DNA from: an uncultured Thermodesulfobacteriota bacterium
Lineage (GTDB): Bacteria; Desulfobacterota; Thermodesulfobacteria; Thermodesulfobacteriales; Thermodesulfatatoraceae
NCBI GenBank assembly: GCA_964601575.1
Contig: CAZROA010000069.1
Location: forward strand, 1,692 to 65,691
Direction: 5' to 3'
Length of the DNA stretch: 64,000 nucleotides
Below, piece by piece: positions 39,498 through 48,133 of the stretch (position 1 is the stretch's first letter; each line of letters begins with the position of its first letter). A program made the translations under genes and the position numbers. Below the pieces are notes generated by a model. The model was not told the origin of the DNA and did not search any database. It saw only the letters and a program-made list of their open reading frames with translations.

Positions 39498-40547
39498 ATG
39501 ATGGCCCGAGGAGTGGCGGAAAGGGTTTTCCCCGGAGCGGTCTTGGCCCTTTGGCAGGAAGGGCGAGTCTGGCTTGAGGCCTTTGGCTGGCGTGCCTGGG
39601 TACCCAAACTTGAGGCCAATCATCCGGAAACCATTTATGATCTGGCCTCCCTTACCAAACCTTTGGCCACCACCCTTTGTCTGATGCGCCTCATAAGCGA
39701 AGGGGTCTTAAGTCTTGAGAGCCGACCAGCAGATTATTTCGAGGCCCCGCCTTGGTTTCACGAGGTACGCCTCTTTCATTTACTTTCTCATTCCGCCGGC
39801 TTTCCCGCCCATCGGCCCTATTTTGCCAAACTCATCACCTATCCGTTTGAAGACCGTGGCCAGCTCCTTGAAGATTGGATCTTGGCCGAACCACCGAGCT
39901 ATCCCGTGGGTAAGAAACAAATCTATAGCGACTTAGGGTTTTTTCTGCTCGGCCAACTGATCACTAAGGGAACTGGGAAGAAACTCGATCTCTTCTTTGA
40001 GGAAACCTTGGGATTATTGTTTGAACAAAGAAGGCCTGAGCTTATGTTTATCCCTCGTAAACAAGGTATTGATCTTTCTCGTCTGGCCCCTACGGAAATC
40101 TGTCCCTGGCGGGGGAAGCTCCTTCGGGGCGAGGTCCATGACGAAAACACCTGGGTCATCGGTGGCGTAGCCGGCCAAGCCGGGCTATTTGGCTCGGCGG
40201 AGGCGGTCCTGGCCCTGCTTGAGAGACTCCTTCTGGCCTATTTTGGAGAAGAGTCCTCCTTTCTTACCAAAGATTTGGTTCGGATCTTTTGGGAGTGGCG
40301 GAGTGAGGCTGGCACCTGGGCCCTTGGTTTTGATCGCCCTAGTCCAGAAGGCTCAAGTGCCGGGGGCCTTATTTCCCGAAAGGCCCTTGGGCACCTGGGT
40401 TTTACTGGGACTTCCTTTTGGATTGATCCCGAAAGGGCCATGATCATCGTCCTTTTGACCAACCGGGTTCATCCCACGAGGGAAAATGTCAAGATCAAGG
40501 CCTTTCGCCCGGCCCTTCACGATCTCCTCTTCCGCGAATACACCTGA
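39498..40547 (+). CDS. Serine hydrolase, beta-lactamase/transpeptidase-like (class C/esterase family)
   Basis: S-x-x-K motif in YDLASLTKPLAT, a YSDLGF (Y-x-N-like) motif and HLGFTGTSFWIDP (KTG-like). The start is moved to the ATG at 39498, after the hslO stop. Confidence 0.85.
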   Translation: MMARGVAERVFPGAVLALWQEGRVWLEAFGWRAWVPKLEANHPETIYDLASLTKPLATTLCLMRLISEGVLSLESRPADYFEAPPWFHEVRLFHLLSHSAGFPAHRPYFAKLITYPFEDRGQLLEDWILAEPPSYPVGKKQIYSDLGFFLLGQLITKGTGKKLDLFFEETLGLLFEQRRPELMFIPRKQGIDLSRLAPTEICPWRGKLLRGEVHDENTWVIGGVAGQAGLFGSAEAVLALLERLLLAYFGEESSFLTKDLVRIFWEWRSEAGTWALGFDRPSPEGSSAGGLISRKALGHLGFTGTSFWIDPERAMIIVLLTNRVHPTRENVKIKAFRPALHDLLFREYT

Positions 40548-40619
40548 GGCGGCCCTCGGCGGCCTTGACATGAGCCTTGCTGTTTTCGCTAGGTTTTTAT
40601 TGTTTAGGGGTAAGGCGGC

Positions 40620-40946
40620 ATGGACGAAAGAGAATTTTTTATTGAGCTAGATGAAGATATTAAAATCTTTGTCTGGTTCTCCTCACAGAGGGGAAAGATT
40701 AAAAATTTTGTAGTCAAACTTATTTTTAAAAATATTGAAATTTTACGCTACGATAGCGCTCATGGGTGTCCTCACAAGGACATTCTTCATCCTGATCCTC
40801 GAAAACGCCGTAAAGTATGGTATCCTGGCTTAGATAAGGCGACCGTTTTGACCTTGGCTATCAGCGAACTAAAACAAGAATACGAATTTTTGATTGAAAG
40901 GTACCTTAAATGGTTCGAAGAAGAACAGAAGAGCAAGAAGTCATAG
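40620..40946 (+). CDS. Hypothetical small protein (108 aa) in AT-rich islet; weak resemblance to TumE/DUF6516-type toxin-like proteins
   Basis: AT-rich ORF, clearly lower in GC than its flanks. The segment LRYDSAHGCPHKDILHP recalls the RYDxAxH...HKH pattern of that family. This rests on memory-based similarity only. Confidence 0.4.
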   Translation: MDEREFFIELDEDIKIFVWFSSQRGKIKNFVVKLIFKNIEILRYDSAHGCPHKDILHPDPRKRRKVWYPGLDKATVLTLAISELKQEYEFLIERYLKWFEEEQKSKKS

Positions 40947-41164
40947 AGTTTCTTCTAGAACAAGGGTTTAAGCCTGTCTCGGAAGAAGAAAAGGAAAAAG
41001 ATTGGTATAAGAAGGCCAAGGAACCTGTAGACTGTTTTGAAAGTATCACTCTTCCTCAGAGTTTAAGGGGTTATAGAGTGCCTCGCGCCAGGCGGAGGGG
41101 TATACAACGCTATCGTCTTCTTTCTCGCCGTACTCGCTCTTCCAGAAGGATTTTGGGTTGGTAA
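40910..41164 (+). CDS. Doubtful ORF (84 aa)
   Basis: The N-terminal half is protein-like (EEQEVIEFLLEQGFKPVSEEEKEKDWYKK). The Arg-rich C-terminal half is antisense to a better-looking minus-strand reading frame at 41046..41243. Confidence 0.25.
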   Translation: MVRRRTEEQEVIEFLLEQGFKPVSEEEKEKDWYKKAKEPVDCFESITLPQSLRGYRVPRARRRGIQRYRLLSRRTRSSRRILGW

Positions 41165-41313
41165 GTGAGGCGAGGGCCTGCCGACATAAGATCGCTAATT
41201 TCACACGTTTGAGCTGCTCTCGGTGGATCTCCTTACCCGGAACCTAAAGCCATCGGGAAACTTGCGGCCCTTGGCTCGCGATTCGTTACAAAACTCTAAA
41301 AGGGTCTTCCGAC

Positions 41314-41754
41314 TCATCCGATACGCTCTAAGTATTGGTCGAAATCAGGATCGAAACTAACGATCGAATCGATCTCGTAATCCCGGGCGGCAAATACAAG
41401 CAAAGCGTCGTTGAAGTTGAGTCTTCCTTCTGAATCAAGGCAAATCTGGGTTATTTTCTCCAGCCACTCGGGAACCATGGGGAACAGATACAGCAGTCTG
41501 CCATCGATAAGGGCTTTCATCTTTTTCACTACTGTGGCAAAGAAAAGGCCCTTTTCTTCTACAGAAATACTCCTTCTTTCTCGGACCCTTCTGCTCATGA
41601 CAGAGATGGCCTCGGCATACACCACGTCCGTAAAAACGAGAGCACGCCCGGTAAGATGGCCTTTCAATTTCTGAGCTTTCCGATGCAAACTGTCTTTCTC
41701 GTCCACCAGAGCCACCAGAAACGAAGTATCTACTAGGACGAACCTCTCACTCAT
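41314..41754 (-). CDS. vapC: PIN-domain ribonuclease toxin (VapC type)
   Basis: FVLVDTSFLVAL N-terminal acidic motif plus later conserved acidic positions (FTDVVYAE, FNDALLV, FDPDF). The ATG at 41754 overlaps the antitoxin stop by 8 nt. Confidence 0.85.
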   Translation of the reverse strand: MSERFVLVDTSFLVALVDEKDSLHRKAQKLKGHLTGRALVFTDVVYAEAISVMSRRVRERRSISVEEKGLFFATVVKKMKALIDGRLLYLFPMVPEWLEKITQICLDSEGRLNFNDALLVFAARDYEIDSIVSFDPDFDQYLERIG

Positions 41755-41992
41755 AAATGGCCTCCGAATCTTCAAAGGCGTCTCCGCCTATGGCCACGAT
41801 TCCCTCTATTTTCTCAAGGGCTTCGGGAGAAAGGGCTACCTTTTTAAGTTCTCTTTGTCTTTTGGCCCGGAGGCCTTCCCTTATTAGCTCCTCGGCCAAG
41901 GCGCTTGCAGAAAGATGGCGACGAGAGGCGGCCTTCTTTATGGCCTCAACAAGATCCGCGGAGAGGGTAAACGACACCGTGATCTTCCTCAT
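41747..41992 (-). CDS. vapB: Ribbon-helix-helix (CopG/VapB-type) antitoxin
   Basis: 81 aa. N-terminal beta strand plus two helices (KITVSFTLSADLVEAIKKAASRRHLSASALAEELIREGL). Lies immediately upstream of, and overlapping, the PIN gene. Confidence 0.8.
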   Translation of the reverse strand: MRKITVSFTLSADLVEAIKKAASRRHLSASALAEELIREGLRAKRQRELKKVALSPEALEKIEGIVAIGGDAFEDSEAIYE

Positions 41993-42029
41993 ATTAACCC
42001 ATCCTTTGATATTATTGCCTTAGAATATT

Positions 42030-42050
42030 GTACTAATATTACATTAGTAC
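42030..42050. promoter_or_regulatory. Palindromic operator candidate in the vapBC promoter region
   Basis: Perfect 8-bp inverted repeat GTACTAAT-ATTAC-ATTAGTAC about 40 nt upstream of the vapB ATG, embedded in AT-rich -10-like sequence (AATATT occurs twice). Confidence 0.6.
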
Positions 42051-42271
42051 CTGACCAAAAATCGGACAAGTCCTACAGAGGATCTCTCGAGACCTAATTC
42101 AAGGCTTTCGGTGAAAAATTTAGTTTACCCAGATCAACGGCTACAATCCAAGGGACTTTTTGGTTAAACGGATATCCATAGGGTCTGTGGTGTGCAGACT
42201 CAATAACAACGCCGTTGTTTTGCGTGCCTTTTGGCGTATACTTTGGGGACAATTTGGCAAGGAGGAACGCG

Positions 42272-43972
42272 ATGAGGCTTTCCCGATATTTCTTGCCTAC
42301 CCTTCGGGAGGACCCGGCTGAAGCCGAGGTGATCAGTCACAAGCTCATGCTCAGGGCCGGGATGATCCGTCGTCTGGCCTCGGGTATATACAGTTTTCTA
42401 CCCTTAGGGCTTCGGGCCTTGCGCAAGGTGGAAAATATCGTCCGCGAAGAGATGGATCGCGCCGGGGCCTTAGAGGTCCTTCTCCCGTTGGTCCAGCCGG
42501 CAGAGCTCTGGCAGGAATCCGGGCGTTGGGAAGAATACGGCAAGGAACTCCTGCGTTTTAAAGACCGTAAGGATCATGATTTTTGTCTCGGTCCCACCCA
42601 CGAAGAAGTGATCACCGATCTGGTTCGTCGGGAGGTCCGTTCCTACCGAGACCTTCCCCTCATCCTTTATCAAATAGCGACCAAATTTCGCGATGAGATC
42701 CGCCCGCGCTTTGGACTGATGCGCGGGAGAGAATTCATCATGAAAGACGCTTACAGCTTTGACGTAGACGAAGAAGGCCTTGATCGTTCCTATCAGGCCA
42801 TGTACGCCGCCTATGAACGCATCTTTTCCCGTTGCGGTTTGCGTTTCAAGGCAGTCATGGCTGACACCGGGGCCATCGGTGGGCATGAGTCCCACGAGTT
42901 TATGGTGCTCGCGGAGACCGGAGAAGATATCGTGGTCAGTTGCCCGGCCTGTGGTTACGCCGCCAATCTGGAATTGGCCGAGGCCGTGGCTTCCTATGAT
43001 TATCCCGAGGAAAAGGAAAGGCCCTTAGAGAAGGTGTCTACTCCGGATCTGAAACGCGTTGAGGAAGTAGCGGCCTTTCTCGGGGTGCCGCCCTCTAAAT
43101 TGGTCAAGACTTTGCTCTATCTAGTTGATGATGAACCGGTGGCCGTCCTCATACGCGGAGATCATGAGTTAAACGAGGTCAAACTCCGTCGAGCCTTGGG
43201 GGCCAGAACCATCAGGATGGCTGAGGCCGAGACGGTAGAAAAACTGACCAAGGCCCCGGTAGGTTTTGCCGGGCCGGTAGGGCTTTCTGGAGTCAAGATC
43301 ATCGCCGACCATGCGGTGCGCGGGCTCAAGAACTTTGTGGTCGGGGCCAATGAGGCCGATGCCCATTACATCCACGCCAATTATCCGCGAGATTTTCAGA
43401 TCGAGGCCTTCTATGACCTACGCAACGTGACCGAGGGGGACCTCTGCCCGCGGTGCGGTAAGCCCCTGGAACTGACCCGCGGAATCGAGGTCGGGCATGT
43501 CTTCAAGCTCGGTACGAAGTATAGCGAGGCCTTGGGGGCCACCTTCCTGGACGAACAGGGAAAAGAACGCCCCATCATCATGGGCTGCTATGGGATCGGG
43601 GTCTCACGGACCGTGGCTGCGGCCATCGAACAAAATCACGATCAAGACGGCATCATTTGGCCGATAAGCATTGCCCCCTTCCACGTCGCCCTTTTGACCT
43701 TAGGGGTGAAGGATAGCGAGTTGTTCACTACCTCAGAAAAGCTTTATCAGGCCCTGACCGAGGCCGGGCTTGAGGTCCTTTGGGATGACCGGGATGAACG
43801 CCCTGGGGTCAAATTTAAGGACATCGACCTCATCGGCCTTCCCTTTAAGTTGGTCGTCGGCAAACGCCTTAAAAACGAAGGGCAGGTAGAGGTCAAAGAA
43901 CGCCGCAGCGGGGAGACCAAGGTCTTTAAGCCCGAGGACGCGGTTAAATATCTCCGGGAACAAATCAAGTAA
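42272..43972 (+). CDS. proS: Proline--tRNA ligase (bacterial type with editing insertion)
   Basis: Start [13 protein letters not shown] after AAGGAGG. Class II motifs ([26 protein letters not shown]), an INS editing domain and a C-terminal anticodon-binding domain. Confidence 0.96.
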   Translation: MRLSRYFLPTLREDPAEAEVISHKLMLRAGMIRRLASGIYSFLPLGLRALRKVENIVREEMDRAGALEVLLPLVQPAELWQESGRWEEYGKELLRFKDRKDHDFCLGPTHEEVITDLVRREVRSYRDLPLILYQIATKFRDEIRPRFGLMRGREFIMKDAYSFDVDEEGLDRSYQAMYAAYERIFSRCGLRFKAVMADTGAIGGHESHEFMVLAETGEDIVVSCPACGYAANLELAEAVASYDYPEEKERPLEKVSTPDLKRVEEVAAFLGVPPSKLVKTLLYLVDDEPVAVLIRGDHELNEVKLRRALGARTIRMAEAETVEKLTKAPVGFAGPVGLSGVKIIADHAVRGLKNFVVGANEADAHYIHANYPRDFQIEAFYDLRNVTEGDLCPRCGKPLELTRGIEVGHVFKLGTKYSEALGATFLDEQGKERPIIMGCYGIGVSRTVAAAIEQNHDQDGIIWPISIAPFHVALLTLGVKDSELFTTSEKLYQALTEAGLEVLWDDRDERPGVKFKDIDLIGLPFKLVVGKRLKNEGQVEVKERRSGETKVFKPEDAVKYLREQIK

Positions 43973-44717
43973 ACAGGGCTTCGGCCTCGACCACCGGGCC
44001 CTCGGTACAGACGTGTAAAAATCCGCGAGAACCTTTGGGGACCACGCACCCCAGACAAAGTCCTAGGCCACAGGCCATCTTGGCCTCAAGAGAAAGATAG
44101 GCCTTGACTTGAGCCTCTCGGGTCAGTTCGGCCACGGCCTTGAGCATGGGCATGGGGCCACAGGCCCAAATAGTAGCCCTGGTCCGGCCAAGGGACTTTC
44201 TCAAGATCTCGGTCACCAGCCCTTTAGCCCCGGCGGAACCGTCTTCGGTAGAGAGGTGGATTGAGACCCGTAGTTCTTTGAAGGCCTTGAGGCGTAATAG
44301 ATCAGAAGAACTTCGGGCCCCATAAAATAGACTCACCTTATGTCTCTCGCGAAGGTGCCTTGCCGCCAGGAGAAAAGGTGCTATCCCGATACCACCGGCC
44401 ACTAAGAAGACCTCTTCGGTCGTCGGCTCAGGGAACCCTTGCCCCAGAGGCCCCAACACATCCACGGGATCTCCTTTTCTCAATTGGTTCAAGAGCTGGG
44501 TCCCCCGACCACGGACTTGATACAGAATGGCAAAGCCGTCTTCCCTCAGGTCATGAACAGAAAAGGGCCTGGCTAGCAAGGGATCTAAGCCAGGCCAGGC
44601 CCTTAGCATGACAAACTGCCCGGGCTGAGGAAGGCTCCTGAGGCCTTCTCTTGAGAGCCATAGCAAGAAATAATTGCCTTTCAGTCTCCTCTGAGAGAGC
44701 ACCCGGGCCTTTTTCAC
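43965..44717 (-). CDS. PyrK-like FAD/NAD(P)-binding [2Fe-2S] electron-transfer subunit
   Basis: 250 aa. Ferredoxin-reductase-type FAD and NAD modules ([15 protein letters not shown]) and a C-terminal cluster motif [11 protein letters not shown]...C. No pyrD gene is adjacent. Confidence 0.75.
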   Translation of the reverse strand: MKKARVLSQRRLKGNYFLLWLSREGLRSLPQPGQFVMLRAWPGLDPLLARPFSVHDLREDGFAILYQVRGRGTQLLNQLRKGDPVDVLGPLGQGFPEPTTEEVFLVAGGIGIAPFLLAARHLRERHKVSLFYGARSSSDLLRLKAFKELRVSIHLSTEDGSAGAKGLVTEILRKSLGRTRATIWACGPMPMLKAVAELTREAQVKAYLSLEAKMACGLGLCLGCVVPKGSRGFLHVCTEGPVVEAEALFT

Positions 44718-45769
44718 TTTGTGGCCTCCGGGAAGAAGGCTTTGAGATGTTCGGCCAATTTTTCCGGGGGCATAAGGATTAGCTCCGAGGCCAACTGGCG
44801 TTGGAGGAAGTAATCATCGGTGCGATAGTTTTCGTAGAAATTCTGTCTGGTAATCAGCCGGATAAAGGGACTGAACCAGGGAGTCTCTTCCTTAAGCGGG
44901 GGGAGATAAAGGCTAAAATTAAAGGAGCCGTAACCCAGATCTTCATAACCGGCAAGCACGGCAGAAATTCCCTTAGCCAGGTGAAATACGTCTTCTTCGC
45001 TCAGGGCCTTAAGAGAATGGACCCCTTCCACCACTCCGAGGACTTCATTGGTCCCCAGGGGGGCAAAACTAGTGAAAAAGACCACTTTCCCCAGCCGGGC
45101 GATGAAACGTTCTCCTTTCTCCTCTTCTTGGGCCAAGATATCCCAGTAGCCTTGCCTGTGATCTAAATAAAAGCGAAGGCTGGCCTCAAGGAACCTCCTG
45201 GCCTGAGGGAAAGGTTCACCGGTGGCTACCACTTGGAAATGGGGATGGACCAGACTGGCCCCTGCCGGTGGTAGATAGTTGGCACAAACTATCCCGTGCA
45301 AGGCCTCTTGATCTTGAGAGGCCAAAATTTTCAAAAAATCTAGGCCAAGGCCAAGGCCTTCGGCCACCAGGTCAGGGGGAAAGTCTTTTAAGCGACGAAA
45401 ATGGGCTTCCCCTACGGCGATGACCGCATGGCGTAGGGCTATGGGAAAGAGATTGGGGAAGAGGGTGCTTTCCCCGCGGATAAGCCGCCCTCCAGGAATC
45501 AATTCATCCGGATAACGGGGCGTGATCTCGCGTACTTTAGGCGGGCACATGAAACACTGTTCTTTCGTGGCCTCAGACACCCTTTCCACCAAGGCCCAAT
45601 CATGTTGACCAAAAAAGAGCCTGACCTTATCTTCCAAGACCGGATTGAAGACCGCCGTATGGGAGAGCAGAGGATCAAACCGGACTTCTATTTCTTGATC
45701 TTCTTCTTGGAAATTATTCAGAGGGTTTAGGAATCGCCTGACGTATCTTTCCTTACGGAATCGAAGCAT
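44714..45769 (-). CDS. GalT-branch HIT-superfamily nucleotidyltransferase/phosphorylase (galactose-1-phosphate uridylyltransferase-like)
   Basis: Zn-site-like CFMCP, a NLFP motif and the active-site GASLVHPHFQV (HxHxQ). Two-domain length of 351 aa. Its stop overlaps the PyrK-like start (ATGA). Confidence 0.75.
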   Translation of the reverse strand: MLRFRKERYVRRFLNPLNNFQEEDQEIEVRFDPLLSHTAVFNPVLEDKVRLFFGQHDWALVERVSEATKEQCFMCPPKVREITPRYPDELIPGGRLIRGESTLFPNLFPIALRHAVIAVGEAHFRRLKDFPPDLVAEGLGLGLDFLKILASQDQEALHGIVCANYLPPAGASLVHPHFQVVATGEPFPQARRFLEASLRFYLDHRQGYWDILAQEEEKGERFIARLGKVVFFTSFAPLGTNEVLGVVEGVHSLKALSEEDVFHLAKGISAVLAGYEDLGYGSFNFSLYLPPLKEETPWFSPFIRLITRQNFYENYRTDDYFLQRQLASELILMPPEKLAEHLKAFFPEATK

Positions 45770-45906
45770 ACACGCCTCCCTTATTGGAATACTTGATTTG
45801 CCTCTCCTGGGCTCGTCTCCTTTACGCTAAAAGAGTCTCTATTTCTTGTAAAGCGTCTCAAGGGCCCTTCTCTTTCTCTCGATATAAGGAAGAAAAAGGT
45901 ACGGCC

Positions 45907-47001
45907 ATGGGCACGAACAATTTGGTCTTTTTAGAGGTCATTGAATGGTTTGATCCCACCGGTCAGGAGATCGTTTGGCGCATCCCCGAAGAGGGTTCCG
46001 GAGAGATCAAATACGGTGCCCAACTCATCGTGCGCGAGAGCCAGGTAGCCGTCTTTTTCTACCAAGGTAAAGCTTTACATGCCTTTGGCCCGGGTCGTCA
46101 CACCTTAAAGACGGCCAACATCCCCCTCCTTACCAAATTTCTCTCTTTGCCTTGGGGGTTGACCAGCCCCTTAAGGGCCGAAGTCTATTTCGTCAATACC
46201 AAGGTCTTTACCAACCTCAAATGGGGTACCCGCGAACCGGTGGCTTTTAGAGATCGAGACCTCGGCCTAGTCAGACTTCGAGCCCATGGGGTCTTTAATC
46301 TTCGGGTGGTCCAGCCGGTACTTCTCATCAACGCCTTGACCGGCACTGTAGCCCGCTTTGGGACCTCTGAGTTGCAGGATTTTATCGGTCGAGTCATCGT
46401 TTCTCGTCTAAACGATTATCTAGGCGAACATCTCACCAGTCTTTTCCAGCTCCCTGGACATTACGATGAGATAGCTGCTGGCCTGCACCGCCTAGTCCAG
46501 GAAGATCTAAAGCACTTTGGTTTGACCTTGACCCACCTATATATCAACGCCATCACCCCTCCGCCGGAGGTGCAAAAGGCCATCGATGATCGTTCCAAAC
46601 TGGCCCTCTTCGAGGATTTGAATCGTTTGATGGCCCTTAAGGCGGCTACGGCCATGGAAAAGGCGGCGGAAAACCCCGGAGCCGCAGGAGAAGGGGCCGG
46701 GCTAAGCCTCGGCTTGATGATCCCAAGTCTGATGGCCCAGATGGCCTCTCAAGGGCCGCAATGTCCCGAATGCCAGCATCCTGTGCCTAAAGAGGCCTTG
46801 TTTTGTCCCTTCTGCGGGCATCAGTTGGTGGTCTTTGAGCAATGTCCTCAATGCGGTAAGAACGTGCCCCCGCATGCCAAGTTCTGTCCTAGGTGCGGGG
46901 CCAAGTTGGAAAAAAGGCCCCAGGAGAAGAAGTGTACCCATTGTGGGGCGATGAACCTTCCACAGGCGGTCTTTTGTAATCAGTGTGGTGAGCGCCTCTA
47001 A
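45907..47001 (+). CDS. SPFH (band-7)-like protein with C-terminal triple zinc-ribbon tail (YdjI-like)
   Basis: The N-terminal FLEVIEWFDPTGQEIVWRIPE...IKYGAQLIVRESQ pattern is typical of the 'virion core protein-like' SPFH family. The C-terminus carries three CxxC...CxxC pairs. The start is set to the ATG at 45907. Confidence 0.75.
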   Translation: MGTNNLVFLEVIEWFDPTGQEIVWRIPEEGSGEIKYGAQLIVRESQVAVFFYQGKALHAFGPGRHTLKTANIPLLTKFLSLPWGLTSPLRAEVYFVNTKVFTNLKWGTREPVAFRDRDLGLVRLRAHGVFNLRVVQPVLLINALTGTVARFGTSELQDFIGRVIVSRLNDYLGEHLTSLFQLPGHYDEIAAGLHRLVQEDLKHFGLTLTHLYINAITPPPEVQKAIDDRSKLALFEDLNRLMALKAATAMEKAAENPGAAGEGAGLSLGLMIPSLMAQMASQGPQCPECQHPVPKEALFCPFCGHQLVVFEQCPQCGKNVPPHAKFCPRCGAKLEKRPQEKKCTHCGAMNLPQAVFCNQCGERL

Positions 47002-48133
47002 ATTTGTCTTACAAGCGGAATGCCCCCAGTGCGGGGCGCCAGTGGAACTTGAAGAGGCGGTACGGGTCTTTTCCTGCGCCTATTGTGGGGTCAAGCACGT
47101 CATCCATTTTTATCCCCAACCAGTCTTAGTCCTAGGGGAAAATCGGGTTTTGAAAAGGGCTGTCTACGCCCCTTTCTGGCGATTGCGGGGGATATATTTT
47201 GCCCTCACCACCCGAGGGGTAGAGCATTTCCACGTAGATAGCAGCCTTTGTGCCTTACCAGGGGCCGAGACCCTCTCTTTGGGGTTGAGACCTCAATTGG
47301 TAAAGCTTCGTTTCGTCCATAGACAACCCGGGGTCTTTTTATACCCTTCCTTTGGCCGGCGTAAGTTTTTGGAAAAATTGAGCTCTACGCTCAGAGGGAT
47401 AGCCCTAGAGACCCCTTCAATCTTTTATGAGACCTTTATGGGGGAATGGATAAGCCTGGTTTATATCCCTTGGAGAGAAAAAGAGCCTTCAGAGGAGGGC
47501 CTACCGGTAGAAAGATTGCGCCTTGATTTTTGGCCTACCCTCTGCCCACATTGCGGAGGGGACTTAGCCGTAAACAACAAGGCCCAGGTGTTCTTTTGCC
47601 CTCAATGTAAATCTGCCTGGGAAATCGGTTCAAGAGGATTCCGCCGAGTACCACACCGTATATTAGGCACGAACGGAGAGGCATGGCTGCCCTTTTGGCG
47701 GCTTACGGTAGAAGTCAAGGGTTCGATGATAGGTCTCCTCGACCAACCCCCTTTTTCTACCCTAGCGACCCCGCCCAAAGCGGTGTTTTTACTCCCGGCC
47801 TTTAAGATAAAACCTCGACTCTTTTTGCGCCTAGCCCGACAAATGAGCCTTGGCCCTTGTCTCAAAGAAGACCTGCCTGATCCGAAGGGGCGATTTATTC
47901 TACCCACCCTCCCGGCGGTGGAGGCCTTTCAAGGTATTCCGCCGCTCCTAGCAGAGATGATTCCAAGGTCTAAACAAGAAGAATTTTTCCCATTGCTCGC
48001 CAAGACCCGCTTTGCCTTTCAGAGGAAAGAGCTCTGGTGGCTGGGCTTAAAGGAACAGGCCTACGACTATGTGTTTCCAGAGACCGGACTAGCCATACCT
48101 AAAAAGGCCGTGGCTTTAGGTGAAAACCTCTAG
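46985..48133 (+). CDS. Zinc-ribbon protein with internally duplicated module (hypothetical)
   Basis: Contains two copies of [CPxCG...CxxC zinc ribbon] followed by a (A/L)PFWRL motif (CPQCGAP...CAYCG...APFWRLRG; CPHCGGD...CPQCKS...LPFWRLTV). Overlaps the SPFH gene end. The start codon is uncertain (GTG). Confidence 0.6.
   Translation: MVSASKFVLQAECPQCGAPVELEEAVRVFSCAYCGVKHVIHFYPQPVLVLGENRVLKRAVYAPFWRLRGIYFALTTRGVEHFHVDSSLCALPGAETLSLGLRPQLVKLRFVHRQPGVFLYPSFGRRKFLEKLSSTLRGIALETPSIFYETFMGEWISLVYIPWREKEPSEEGLPVERLRLDFWPTLCPHCGGDLAVNNKAQVFFCPQCKSAWEIGSRGFRRVPHRILGTNGEAWLPFWRLTVEVKGSMIGLLDQPPFSTLATPPKAVFLLPAFKIKPRLFLRLARQMSLGPCLKEDLPDPKGRFILPTLPAVEAFQGIPPLLAEMIPRSKQEEFFPLLAKTRFAFQRKELWWLGLKEQAYDYVFPETGLAIPKKAVALGENL

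Noticed and set aside
40910-41164. 84-aa plus-strand ORF as a genuine partner (antitoxin) of the 108-aa orphan gene.
   Set aside because: Its C-terminal half is an Arg-rich string antisense to a more protein-like minus-strand frame. I kept it only as a low-confidence feature.
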